IMG/VR virus record: IMGVR_UViG_3300031450_000090
Reading direction: 5' to 3' (one strand)
DNA length: 64,000 nt
Source: a virus
Of the stretch, positions 1 through 8,320 are shown one piece after another. Below the pieces are notes generated by a model. That model was not told the origin of the DNA, did no database searches, and saw nothing but the letters and a program-made list of their open reading frames with translations. A program made the position numbers and the translations under genes. How positions within the stretch are numbered: the first letter of the stretch is position 1; every line of letters starts with the position of its first letter.

Positions 1-103
1 CGACGCAGCCCTTGGCCGCATAGGTCTTGCCGCGCCCCTTCTTGCCCAGGATCGCGATGTCGGCATCGAGCGCCGCGTCGGGGATGGAACTGGTGCCGCT
101 CAA
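1..103 (-). CDS. Partial P-loop ATPase (HerA/FtsK-like N-terminus), runs off the window edge
   Basis: Not in the ORF track. TTG at 103 overlaps the upstream TGA (TTGA). Translates MSGTSSIPDAALDADIAILGKKGRGKTYAAKG, a hydrophobic strand followed by Walker A GxxGxGKT. Confidence 0.65.
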   Translation of the reverse strand, partial: MSGTSSIPDAALDADIAILGKKGRGKTYAAKGCV

Positions 104-588
104 GGCCGCGCCTCGTCGAGCGAGGTCCTGGCGCGCCGGTCGAGCGCGGAGCGCCCCGGTGGCGGGTCGCCGCAGCTTCGGGCCGTGGCGTCACCCTGGC
201 CCGACCGGACCGTCACCCGGGCGCCCGGTGCCGGCGGGGCCAGGAGCCGCAGCACGCCGCAGAGCACCCGCAGGAGGCGCGAGTCCCAGCTCGGCCCCGA
301 CATGCAATGGGCCACCCGTAGCGCGTCGACCTCCCCTGCGGAGGCTTCCCCGGCCTGCTTCGCAGGCCCGGGACCCAAGCCTCCTCCGCCCGCAAGGCCC
401 GCGAGGCGCAGCGCCTCCACGGCCGGCAGGGTGGGGTGCAGAACCAGCAGAGCCTCCACCGTATGGGCGCGCAAGGCCAGCGAAGCCGCGGTGCCCGACC
501 GCGGGGCGAAGAGATCCTGCGCCAAGGTGTCGGCCGCTACCGCCATCACGGAGGCGACCGTGTCCGGCGACAGAGCCTTGAGCATCAT
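100..588 (-). CDS. Hypothetical phage early protein
   Basis: C-terminal part of track ORF 100..1047. ATG at 588 overlaps the stop of the upstream gene (ATGA). Confidence 0.55.
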   Translation of the reverse strand: MMLKALSPDTVASVMAVAADTLAQDLFAPRSGTAASLALRAHTVEALLVLHPTLPAVEALRLAGLAGGGGLGPGPAKQAGEASAGEVDALRVAHCMSGPSWDSRLLRVLCGVLRLLAPPAPGARVTVRSGQGDATARSCGDPPPGRSALDRRARTSLDEARP

Positions 589-788
589 GCAGCCCTCCCG
601 CCACCCGAGCCGCTTCGCAGCCGCGCCGCCAGACTGGCGATGATGCGGTCGAGTCGCGGCTCGAGGTGCGGCCCCAATAGCCTGCCGTCGGGGTGGCGAC
701 CGGTCCGACGAACGGCGACGAGGTCGCTCCAAAGACGGGCCACGGCCGCCTGCGGTCCCGCGCCCCCGTCGGTGCGGCTCATCTTCAC
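585..788 (-). CDS. Small hypothetical protein
   Basis: Coupled by GTGA and ATGA overlaps on both sides. Confidence 0.55.
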   Translation of the reverse strand: MKMSRTDGGAGPQAAVARLWSDLVAVRRTGRHPDGRLLGPHLEPRLDRIIASLAARLRSGSGGGRAA

Positions 789-2653
789 GGCGCCGCCGCG
801 GCGCCGGGCGCCACCGTCCTACTGGCCCGACCGCGTGACGAGGCGTTCGCTGCGCCCTGTTCGGCGACACGCGGCGGCACGTAATGGCAGGAGCGCAGCA
901 TGGGTGGAAGCCAGCCGACCTGTTCGGCGAGGGTTGCGGCCGCCAGTGCGATCTGGCCTTTCCTGCCCGTCGGCTTCGGGCCGCCCATCTCTTCGACCGC
1001 GGCGATCGCGATCGCGGCCGGCGCCCGGTCGAAGTAGAGCGCGCCATCGAAGGTCTGCCGCGCAGCTTTCAGGTAGCCGTCCGGATCGAGTGCGTCGATC
1101 AGCTGCTGGCGCCCGCGGACCGCGACGCCGGGATTGCTGTAAGCCGCCTCGGTCATATCGAGGCTCGCCGCGACGCGCGAGGCGATCTCGGCCTTGAGAT
1201 GGACCATGCTGGAGCGCTGCGCCGACGCGAAAGCGTCCGCGAAGCTGCCGGTCCGCGACGCAACCGGATGCACCATCGCCTTGCCGAGGCCGTGCCAGCC
1301 GTGATCGCCGATCCGCGCCGGCGAGCCGAAGCATTGGAAGGCCGCCACCAGTACGCGCAGTGCCGTGTCGGGCTCGTCCGCGATGGCGTTGGCGGCCGCA
1401 GCCGTCAGCTGCTCGGACAGGAGCTGGGCCAGGACACCGGAGATCTCGGGACTGGATGCTTCCCCCTCCTCCTGCTCGGCGTCATGACCGTTCGCGGCGG
1501 GTGTACCCTGAAGGGTGGGGTCCGGGGCCGGGCCGGCCGCCTCCCCGCCCGGCCGCACGATGCCGTGCTCGATCGAGAGCTCGCCGTCATAGCCGACGCG
1601 CAGCACGCAGCCGGAGAGCGCCTTGTCGTCGGCCGAGAAGGAGCGGAGCCAGGCGGCCGCCCCCACCTTCCCGGCCTCCGCGCGCGCTGCCTCGCGCTGC
1701 TTAAACTCGGCGGCAGTGCCTCCCGGGCCGGTCGCCTCGACGATCGGCTGGAGCTGCTCGATCCGGAACAGCTCCTCTTCCGTGAAGCGGGTGGTGACGG
1801 CGGCTTTAGGCCATTTGTAGCGATCGTTCGGCAGGTCGGAGGCCAGCGCGGCCCAGCCCCAGCCTTGCGCGACGAGGTCGCGGCAAGCGGCGTCGATCTT
1901 CTCGCGCTCGAGCCGCTTCAGGATCTCGCCGTCGAGGACGTGTGCCTCCTCGGCGAACAGGTCGTCGTGCAGCCGACCTCCGGCCGCCAGATAGGCGTCA
2001 CGGCCGACGAATCTGAGGTCGCCGCCCCCGCCTATGTCGCTGCGCGTGAGAGCCCGGATGATGGCGTGGCGCTGCAGCATCTGGCCCTTGGCCAGGGAGG
2101 CATAGACCTGATCCTGCAGTTCGTGGTCCTGCACGATGGTGAAGGCCTGGGCGACCTCCGTCCGGATGCGGTTTTCCCGCCAGGCCTCGCGCAGGTGCGG
2201 CGACAGCGAGCCGAGCGCCAAACGCCGGTAGACGACGAGCTCCGATGTGCCGAAGCTCGAGGCGATATCGGCCGGGCTCTTGCCGGCATTGCGCAGCTGC
2301 GCAAAGGCCTCGTACTGGTCGACCTCGTGCATCGGCAGTTGCATGATGTTGGCCGTGAGCGACAGCTCGAGCGGGTCCACGTCCTCCGCCATCTCCTCGA
2401 CCTTGACGGGCCAGTCCTTTGGCAACCTGCCGTCCTTGACGAGCAACCGCATGGCCTTCAGTCGCCGGTTACCCTCGCCCACGTAGGCCTTGCCGCCGTG
2501 GGTCTTGATCACCAGGGCGTGGATCAGGCCCTTGTCCAGGATGGTGGCGCCAAGCTCGGCGAGACCATCCTCGCGGCCCGCCTTGCGGGCGTTGATGCTG
2601 CCGCCCGGGTAGTCGTCGCCGAACTTCAGCTTGTTGAGCGCGATCGTGGTCAT
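785..2653 (-). CDS. ParB/RepB/Spo0J-family protein, long form (~622 aa)
   Basis: N-terminal ParB domain: INARK...LAELGATILDKGLIHALVI...VGEGNRRLKAM (GxRR motif), then an HTH-like segment EQYEAFAQL..GKSPADIASSFG. ATG at 2653. Confidence 0.85.
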   Translation of the reverse strand: MTTIALNKLKFGDDYPGGSINARKAGREDGLAELGATILDKGLIHALVIKTHGGKAYVGEGNRRLKAMRLLVKDGRLPKDWPVKVEEMAEDVDPLELSLTANIMQLPMHEVDQYEAFAQLRNAGKSPADIASSFGTSELVVYRRLALGSLSPHLREAWRENRIRTEVAQAFTIVQDHELQDQVYASLAKGQMLQRHAIIRALTRSDIGGGGDLRFVGRDAYLAAGGRLHDDLFAEEAHVLDGEILKRLEREKIDAACRDLVAQGWGWAALASDLPNDRYKWPKAAVTTRFTEEELFRIEQLQPIVEATGPGGTAAEFKQREAARAEAGKVGAAAWLRSFSADDKALSGCVLRVGYDGELSIEHGIVRPGGEAAGPAPDPTLQGTPAANGHDAEQEEGEASSPEISGVLAQLLSEQLTAAAANAIADEPDTALRVLVAAFQCFGSPARIGDHGWHGLGKAMVHPVASRTGSFADAFASAQRSSMVHLKAEIASRVAASLDMTEAAYSNPGVAVRGRQQLIDALDPDGYLKAARQTFDGALYFDRAPAAIAIAAVEEMGGPKPTGRKGQIALAAATLAEQVGWLPPMLRSCHYVPPRVAEQGAANASSRGRASRTVAPGAAAAP

Positions 2654-2693
2654 GATGGAGCCTTCCATTGGTCGAGGGGAGATGCAGAGCCGG

Positions 2694-2912
2694 TCACGCG
2701 GCCTGCCTCGGATTCCAGACACCCGCCGAGGCCGCCCTGACGATCGGCGCCCCGGTGGCGACCCAGGCCCAGCCGACGTCCGTGATCACGGCGTCCCCTG
2801 CGGCGCGCGCAGGCGGGCAGAGGACGCAGTAGAGGGCAATCCACCCCGCCACCATCACGCCCAGCGCGACGGCGGCACAGGGCTCGGGGGAGACGGACAG
2901 GGCTGACATCAT
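2694..2912 (-). CDS. Small hydrophobic/membrane protein
   Basis: ATG at 2912 in an ATGA overlap; hydrophobic stretch AAVALGVMVAGWIALYCVL. Confidence 0.5.
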   Translation of the reverse strand: MMSALSVSPEPCAAVALGVMVAGWIALYCVLCPPARAAGDAVITDVGWAWVATGAPIVRAASAGVWNPRQAA

Positions 2913-3433
2913 GGTGCGGCGGGCCTCGGGGTGATCCAATCGGGATGCAGGTTGAGCGACCCCGCCCATGGCGCCGATGCCGCCGCAGCTGGCGCGGCGG
3001 CCGGGGCCTCCGCAGGGCGCGCGGCTGTGGGCGGAGGGGGATCGGGCGGAGCAAAACCGGGAGCCGCCGCGGCGGCGGGGCCGGCCGCGCTCCCGGCCGC
3101 GGCCTGCGGAGCGGCCCGTGCCGGGTCGCTTTGCTCCGCGCGCAACGACGGCAGCGGCCGGTCGTGGACGTAGACGGTCCGCGTCACGATCCTGATCCGG
3201 ATCGGACCGAGGCGGCGGGCGTCGGCCACGCGCGGCACCGCGGTACGCGGCACCATGATGGTGCGACCGCGAAGCGCCGAGGCGCGGTAGCGCCGGCCCT
3301 GGCAGACGCCGAGGCTCGGGCGGAAATAGCGGCCGAGCCGGCAGGGAAAGCCATGGCGGGCCTCGGCCGGCTGCACCGAGCAGCAGCAGGCGGCGAGCAA
3401 CGCCGCCGCCAGGAGAGTGCGGGCCTCACGCAT
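2909..3433 (-). CDS. Hypothetical protein with signal-peptide-like N-terminus and Pro/Ala-rich tail
   Basis: MREARTLLAAALLAACCCSVQPAEA; overlaps both neighbours. Confidence 0.5.
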   Translation of the reverse strand: MREARTLLAAALLAACCCSVQPAEARHGFPCRLGRYFRPSLGVCQGRRYRASALRGRTIMVPRTAVPRVADARRLGPIRIRIVTRTVYVHDRPLPSLRAEQSDPARAAPQAAAGSAAGPAAAAAPGFAPPDPPPPTAARPAEAPAAAPAAAASAPWAGSLNLHPDWITPRPAAP

Positions 3434-3707
3434 CGGCGCGACTCCCGTAATAGGCCGCGACCGCGTCGGCGAGACCGGCGAACTCCTTCGGCAGGGCGCG
3501 GTCGATCAGGTGCAGCGCCTCGGGAATGCGGCGCATCATGAGCGCGCGGCGGAGGTCGTCGAGGTGGCCTAAGCCGGACAGGCCGCGCGCATGCGCCTCG
3601 GCGGCGATCGCGGCATCGTCGAATTCGCCGAGGTCCACCTCGACCGTGACGGTTTGCGAGCAACTTCGCGTGCGGCGCGGCGGCCCCGCCGATAACGCGA
3701 AGCTCAT
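3426..3707 (-). CDS. Hypothetical protein
   Basis: Globular-looking composition (TVTVEVDLGEFDDAAIAAEA...); overlaps neighbours. Confidence 0.6.
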   Translation of the reverse strand: MSFALSAGPPRRTRSCSQTVTVEVDLGEFDDAAIAAEAHARGLSGLGHLDDLRRALMMRRIPEALHLIDRALPKEFAGLADAVAAYYGSRADA

Positions 3708-3973
3708 GACGCCACCGCGCGGCGGCGGAGCCTCTCGCGGCGCAGCGCTTCCCGGTCGGCCGGTGCCGAGACGCGACCGAGGCCGGCGCGGAAAAAGGCG
3801 GCGCGGCGGGCGCTGGGCTCCTCAAGGGTAAAGGGGCCGAGCTCGCGCAACGCCGCCGCTGTCGCGATGCAGCGGACCTCATCGGTGAGCGAGGAGATCC
3901 AGAGCGCCACGGGCTCGTCGAGACGGCGGCCCACCGGCGCCGCGACGAAGCTCGCCGGAGACAGCGCCATCAT
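3704..3973 (-). CDS. Hypothetical protein
   Basis: MMALSPASF... start at 3973; ATGA overlaps at both ends. Confidence 0.55.
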   Translation of the reverse strand: MMALSPASFVAAPVGRRLDEPVALWISSLTDEVRCIATAAALRELGPFTLEEPSARRAAFFRAGLGRVSAPADREALRRERLRRRAVAS

Positions 3974-4356
3974 GACGCTTCTCCGTCGGCGGCGACGGGC
4001 CAGCGCTCGTAGCGGTAGCTCTCCTGCCACCAGGTGCCGACCGATCGACTGCGTGTGATGGCCGCGACCCGCATGTCGAAGCGGGCACCCTGTAGTGAAC
4101 TGGGTTCGCTGACCGCTACCATTACGGGCGCCATGCGCGGCGTCACTTCGAGCACGATATGCGGGTGCCCGGCGTCGGCGATGCTGGAGCCCTGGCGCGG
4201 GGTCACGAGGTCGCCGGCCACGAAGGGGCAGGGCGCCCCATAGAGGTCGAGGACCTCGCGGAGCCGCATGACCTGCGCCTCGGGCAGGCCGCGCTTGTCG
4301 GCCGAGGCCGCCGCTGCCGCGAGAGCGGCTAACGACGAGGAGAAGGGTCCATCCAT
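3970..4356 (-). CDS. Hypothetical protein
   Basis: 128-aa ORF with AGGAG ribosome-binding site; coupled to the next gene. Confidence 0.65.
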   Translation of the reverse strand: MDGPFSSSLAALAAAAASADKRGLPEAQVMRLREVLDLYGAPCPFVAGDLVTPRQGSSIADAGHPHIVLEVTPRMAPVMVAVSEPSSLQGARFDMRVAAITRSRSVGTWWQESYRYERWPVAADGEAS

Positions 4357-4419
4357 GGGTGGGCTCCTGGCGAGGACGGGGAAGGGGCGCGCGAGGCTGC
4401 GTGGGCCTGCGCGGCGCGG

Positions 4420-4815
4420 TCAGAGGTGGAAGGTGCGGCCCATGTCGCGGACGAGCGACGCGACGGGCCGGTATGCCGGCACGCCCCGGAAGGCCGGGGC
4501 CGCGGGCATGCGCTCGCCGAACAGCACCATGTAGCCGCCGCGGCGCTCGACGGTGTCGGCCACCAGCTCGTCGATGTCGTCGCCGAACTGCATGGCAAGG
4601 GCGACGCAGAGCGTCTCGTGGCACTCGGTGCCGGGCAGGACCGCAGTCGGGGCGTCGCCCGGGGCGAGGCTGAACACCTGGATGGCGTCGACGCGCCAGG
4701 TGCGCCGATCGACCACGATGTGGGCGCGGCCGAACAGCCTCAGGGCGCGACCGCCGACGTCGGCGCGGAGCGGGACGTCGTCGAAGCGGAATTCGGTGGT
4801 GATGGTGGAGGGCAT
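4420..4815 (-). CDS. First gene of the leftward early operon, hypothetical
   Basis: 131-aa ORF immediately downstream of the PL-like promoter. Confidence 0.65.
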   Translation of the reverse strand: MPSTITTEFRFDDVPLRADVGGRALRLFGRAHIVVDRRTWRVDAIQVFSLAPGDAPTAVLPGTECHETLCVALAMQFGDDIDELVADTVERRGGYMVLFGERMPAAPAFRGVPAYRPVASLVRDMGRTFHL

Positions 4816-4865
4816 AGGCTCATCCTGGGCGGAGACCGGAAAGGGTTGTGATCCCGGACGAGCAG

Positions 4866-4939
4866 AAAGTACCCGGTAATTCTACCTAGTCAAGCTGTTT
4901 AGGTAATAAAACCGAGATCCTGGACGGTAAGTTTTCCAC
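4866..4939 (-). promoter_or_regulatory. PL-like promoter with OL-like operators
   Basis: Minus strand TTGACT (4893-4888), N16, TACTTT (4871-4866). Operators CCGGTA-attc-TACCTA (4873-4888), TAGGTA-ataa-AACCGA (4900-4915) and weak ACGGTA-agtt-TTCCAC (4924-4939) match the cI/cro intergenic operators. Confidence 0.75.
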
Positions 4940-5006
4940 AGCCGTCCACAACCTCAGCGAGTCGACAACCTCTTGACTCAAATTTGACGAATGATGCATG
5001 TGACAG

Positions 5007-5021
5007 GAACAAAACAGGAAC
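5007..5021 (+). promoter_or_regulatory. Alphaproteobacterial LexA (SOS) box
   Basis: GAAC-aaaacag-GAAC, the reverse complement of GTTC-N7-GTTC; TTGACT/TTGACG hexamers upstream at 4973 and 4984. Confidence 0.65.
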
Positions 5022-5041
5022 GACCCAGCCCGGAACTCCTC

Positions 5042-5353
5042 ATGTTGCGTTTAGCGTTTCCGGCCGGTGCCGATGACGACGTGGTGCTAAAGGTCCACGT
5101 GCGCTGCCGCTCCTGCCACCTCGAGGCCTATCCGCTGGCGCCCGTGAACCGGCCACCGGCCAGCGTAAGCGCCCTGGCGATCTTCAAGAAGCAGCGGCTG
5201 TTCGAGCGCATGACCTTCACCTGCGTGGGGTGCGATCATCCAAGCGGCGATCTAGTGGGCGTCGACTACGCGACGGCCAACGACGTGGTGGACCGCTCCA
5301 GCCCGTACCCGACTCTCGGCGCACCTCGGCTCATGCGCTTGGCCGCAGGGTAG
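5042..5353 (+). CDS. Zinc-ribbon-like protein (CxxC...CxxC), probably SOS-regulated
   Basis: CRSC and CVGC motifs. ATG at 5042 preferred because the track start at 4991 lies upstream of the SOS box. Confidence 0.6.
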   Translation: MLRLAFPAGADDDVVLKVHVRCRSCHLEAYPLAPVNRPPASVSALAIFKKQRLFERMTFTCVGCDHPSGDLVGVDYATANDVVDRSSPYPTLGAPRLMRLAAG

Positions 5354-5407
5354 GAGCCGAGCGACGCGGAATCATTTCGGCCAAGCGGCTGCTCCAACAA
5401 CCCGTCC

Positions 5408-5899
5408 TTACGTGCGTTCGCGGTTTCGGTTCGTCACGTACTGGTCGAAGAGTGGCCTGAGCGGGATGGTATTGCGGTGCGCCGTGTGGATGGCCGCAAT
5501 GCAAGCGGGATTCGCACGACTCGCCTTGGCGACCTGCTCATGACTGGCCTTTCGGCCGGCTTCCGAAAATTGACCTCCGGTCAAGGCGTCGAGCAGAATG
5601 GCTATCGCTTCGTCCGCTCGTACCCCGTCCTCACTGCGCACCCATGGACGCCAGGTTCCATAAGCCCCATCAACGAGGGCCTGCGCCGCGGTCAGTTTCG
5701 CTTCGACGACCCGTGGTTTGTCTAAATCGTCGTAATCCTGGCTCCAATACTCGACCGCCTGGCCGGAGGCATCTCCGATGCATTTGCATAGCTCGTCGGT
5801 CCGCGCAGTGAACTCGTCACGGCGCAGTTTCCAGACGTTGAACAAGGTCGAGAGGAGGAAGCCAAATACGGTGCCGATCAGGCCAAAGAGCCAACTCAT
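5408..5899 (-). CDS. Single-TM membrane protein, third gene of the GHKL-STAS module
   Basis: N-terminal hydrophobic helix WLFGLIGTVFGFLLSTLFNVW, then a helical domain; 12-bp gap from the STAS gene. Confidence 0.75.
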   Translation of the reverse strand: MSWLFGLIGTVFGFLLSTLFNVWKLRRDEFTARTDELCKCIGDASGQAVEYWSQDYDDLDKPRVVEAKLTAAQALVDGAYGTWRPWVRSEDGVRADEAIAILLDALTGGQFSEAGRKASHEQVAKASRANPACIAAIHTAHRNTIPLRPLFDQYVTNRNRERT

Positions 5900-5911
5900 T
5901 GGTCCGCAACC

Positions 5912-6256
5912 TCACGTGCGTCGACGATGCTCCTCGTCAATGTATTTGCTGGCCCTGACTCGGTGCGGCAGGAAACGTGGAGTCCGTGCTTGGATGTCGA
6001 GGTGAGCCACGACGTCTTTATAGGCGAAACCGTGGCGTATTAGACCGGCGAAGGCCTCGTCCAGGAAGGAAGATCCGTAGCCCGCGACATCGTCGATCGT
6101 TACGGTGACCCTGCCACCGTTGGCCAAGGCAGCTCGGAGCGCCGGCGCGAGCAGCTCCTCTCGGAACTGTTCTCCGCTGTGAGGTCCGTCGCGACGATAC
6201 CGCGGTCCCGGATACAGAGAGAAGTCGCGTGCCACACTGATGGTACGGTCCGGCAT
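5912..6256 (-). CDS. STAS-like domain protein (DUF4325 type)
   Basis: ISVARDFSLYPGPRYRRDGPHSGEQFREELL...VTIDDVAGYGSSFLDEAFAGL; the SSF serine aligns with the STAS phosphoacceptor. ATG at 6256. Confidence 0.85.
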   Translation of the reverse strand: MPDRTISVARDFSLYPGPRYRRDGPHSGEQFREELLAPALRAALANGGRVTVTIDDVAGYGSSFLDEAFAGLIRHGFAYKDVVAHLDIQARTPRFLPHRVRASKYIDEEHRRRT

Positions 6257-6267
6257 GTCTGCCACTC

Positions 6268-7446
6268 TCAGCGAAGTCGAAGCTGCCATTCCACCAGCGT
6301 GCCGCCGATGGACTGCGCATGGCTGCGGGTTTGCGATCTTTGCCCCGTAGTCCACACGAATTCTCCGTTCCTGCTTAAAACCCGCAAGCGACCCCAACTG
6401 GCGCGCTGGGCGACCTCAAGCAGCGTGTTGAGCCCCTTGCCTCGGTGCGCCAGGCCTGTCGATGATCTGGCGATCACCATCGCGAGCCTGATCGCGACAC
6501 CGTCATATGTCGGGCTGTCCAAGTCCTGCTTCAACCCGGCGCGCACAGCGAGCCTGCCCATCAAGCGCCTTACCCGGCCGAAATGTTCCCATCGAGGGAG
6601 GCTCGCCGGAATGGAGATTCCCTGATCATAGGCCACAACCGTCACCAAACCCTTTTCGCTGTCGACCGACCCGGTGATCCACCAGCATTTAAGAGGGGCG
6701 TGATCCCAAGCTTGATCGTTCGGGTAGGCGTGCTCGTGAGAATTGAGGATGGCTTCAAAAATGCCGCCATAGGGCTGGATGTCGAGAAGTTGCTCTTGCT
6801 CGTCTGAAGACAGCAGCTCGAGCAAGGATTGTTGTAGCTTCCCAACCGAGGGGCCATCCGCGAGCTCTCCAGACAGAAATTGCAGCGTCTTTGTCGCCCC
6901 TCGTTGGACGACGGATCCCTTCCGCTCCTTCATTTGCAGGAGCTCCTTGAAGCCGACCTGGAGCAACATGTCGACGACCTCCGGCTTCCAGCGCTGCTCG
7001 TCCACGGTCCACAGCCGTCGACCGGTGATGAACTTCTTTCGATGATAGAGTGCAGCCATGATCAGGGCCGCCGTGGTGGTGATCCGACGCATGTCGCCGA
7101 AATCGATGTAGGACCTGAGCCTCGCGGGACGCTGCGTGCTGTCCTTTGCAGGTGACGCGTTCGGGCTGAGTTGCCGGAGCATCGCATCATCGAGCAGGTG
7201 GGACCGTAACCTGGCCAGGAATGCGAGCGTCTCGTCGAAGTTGTCGTCGAGGCAGAAGGTGGCCGGCATCGCAATCTTTCCCGATGCCCAGACGCGCCGC
7301 GCCATTCGCCCGTCGTTGAGCACCACTCTGTACCGGATCCCCCGACGCTTCGCCCTCCTCCAGCACTTCCACTTCAGGCGGCGACGTTGGTGACGCAGCG
7401 CGTGGACGCGAAGGGCTCTTTTTCGGCCGACGCGGAGCAGTTTCAA
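6268..7446 (-). CDS. GHKL/HATPase_c ATP-binding protein (anti-sigma-kinase-like) with an N-terminal STAS-like region
   Basis: N-box EAILNSHEHA, G1 YDQGISIP, G2 HRGKGL, terminal GGTLVEW; no HisKA histidine box. TTG start 24 bp after the cI stop (later ATG starts possible). Confidence 0.8.
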   Translation of the reverse strand: MKLLRVGRKRALRVHALRHQRRRLKWKCWRRAKRRGIRYRVVLNDGRMARRVWASGKIAMPATFCLDDNFDETLAFLARLRSHLLDDAMLRQLSPNASPAKDSTQRPARLRSYIDFGDMRRITTTAALIMAALYHRKKFITGRRLWTVDEQRWKPEVVDMLLQVGFKELLQMKERKGSVVQRGATKTLQFLSGELADGPSVGKLQQSLLELLSSDEQEQLLDIQPYGGIFEAILNSHEHAYPNDQAWDHAPLKCWWITGSVDSEKGLVTVVAYDQGISIPASLPRWEHFGRVRRLMGRLAVRAGLKQDLDSPTYDGVAIRLAMVIARSSTGLAHRGKGLNTLLEVAQRASWGRLRVLSRNGEFVWTTGQRSQTRSHAQSIGGTLVEWQLRLR

Positions 7447-7470
7447 AGCTCGTCTACAGCCTCTTTCCGC

Positions 7471-8232
7471 TCACCGCCGCCGCACCTTGGTCATCACGTC
7501 GATCACCACGCCGAGGATCTCGACCTGGGTGGCTTCATCCGGTGCGAAGTCCTTGGGCACCACGATCGGCTGGTGACGCAGGTTGGTCGAACGGGGACAG
7601 AAGCGGGTCTCGGCCTCGTCCAGTTGCAGCTCCTTGATCGAACGCTCGCGCAGGGCGCCGTCGTCGCGCGTGCGCTCGATCACGACGATGTCGCCGGTCT
7701 GCAGCGCCAACCGATTGCGGAAATGCTCGAGTTTCACTGCCACCACGCGGGAGCCCGGCCTGATCGGAGGATCGGCGGCGTTCATCGAGTCGCCGGCGAC
7801 GTCGAAGGTGAAATAGGCGGCGAGCGGAAAGCGCTCGTCCCGCGGCACGAATTCGGGGTCACGGCTCGGATCGTCGAACTCTCCCACTTCGCGGAACGTC
7901 CCGGCCTCGACAATGCCGCCGTAGGTTGCCCGGACGAACTGATAACTGCCTGGTCGGGAGCCTTCGTCCCTCGTTCCGCTGAGCGCGCCGCTGCTTGCAT
8001 CAGACTCTTCCGGCCCGGCACCAGCTAGAAGCCAAGTCGCTGATGTGCGTAGAACGGGAGCCAGGGCGTTCAAAGTTGCAGTGCTAATGCCCTGGCGGCG
8101 CCCTTCCTTCGCGGCGCGCTGCAGATTTCGAATTGCGTCCGACTTTCCAGCAGCTTTGGACGCGGCCGACGCCGAAAGGCCCGTGGCGGTCAGCCGCCTT
8201 TCGATGCGCTCGAGGATGTCCGGAAGGTTCAT
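7471..8232 (-). CDS. cI: CI-like repressor: N-terminal HTH plus S24 autopeptidase
   Basis: HTH (GLSASAASKAAGKSDAIRNL...TLNALAPVLRTSATWLL); S24 catalytic Ser in VAGDSMN and Lys in SIKEL; divergent from a cro-like gene. Confidence 0.9.
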   Translation of the reverse strand: MNLPDILERIERRLTATGLSASAASKAAGKSDAIRNLQRAAKEGRRQGISTATLNALAPVLRTSATWLLAGAGPEESDASSGALSGTRDEGSRPGSYQFVRATYGGIVEAGTFREVGEFDDPSRDPEFVPRDERFPLAAYFTFDVAGDSMNAADPPIRPGSRVVAVKLEHFRNRLALQTGDIVVIERTRDDGALRERSIKELQLDEAETRFCPRSTNLRHQPIVVPKDFAPDEATQVEILGVVIDVMTKVRRR

Positions 8233-8235
8233 GCC

Positions 8236-8313
8236 GCAGTAATATGACCGCACAACCGCGTCACCGGCATCGGTAATAACCCCGTTGACTCTCTCGGTAT
8301 CTTTACCGATTAT
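8236..8313 (+). promoter_or_regulatory. OR-like operators and PR-like promoter
   Basis: TTGACT (8285-8290), N17, GATTAT (8308-8313). Operators TCGGTA-tctt-TACCGA (8294-8309, perfect inverted repeat), TCGGTA-ataa-CCCCGT (8270-8285) and GCAGTA-atat-GACCGC (8236-8251). Confidence 0.8.
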
Positions 8314-8320
8314 GCGCGTC

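Noticed and set aside
3680-3707. CCCGCCGATAA half-site resembling the 28-bp element
   Set aside because: No TTCCCGGAA right arm follows, and it sits inside an unrelated CTTCGCG/CGCGAAG hairpin.
5568-5595. GCTTCCGAAAA left-arm-like match in the TM gene
   Set aside because: Lacks GATAA and the right arm.
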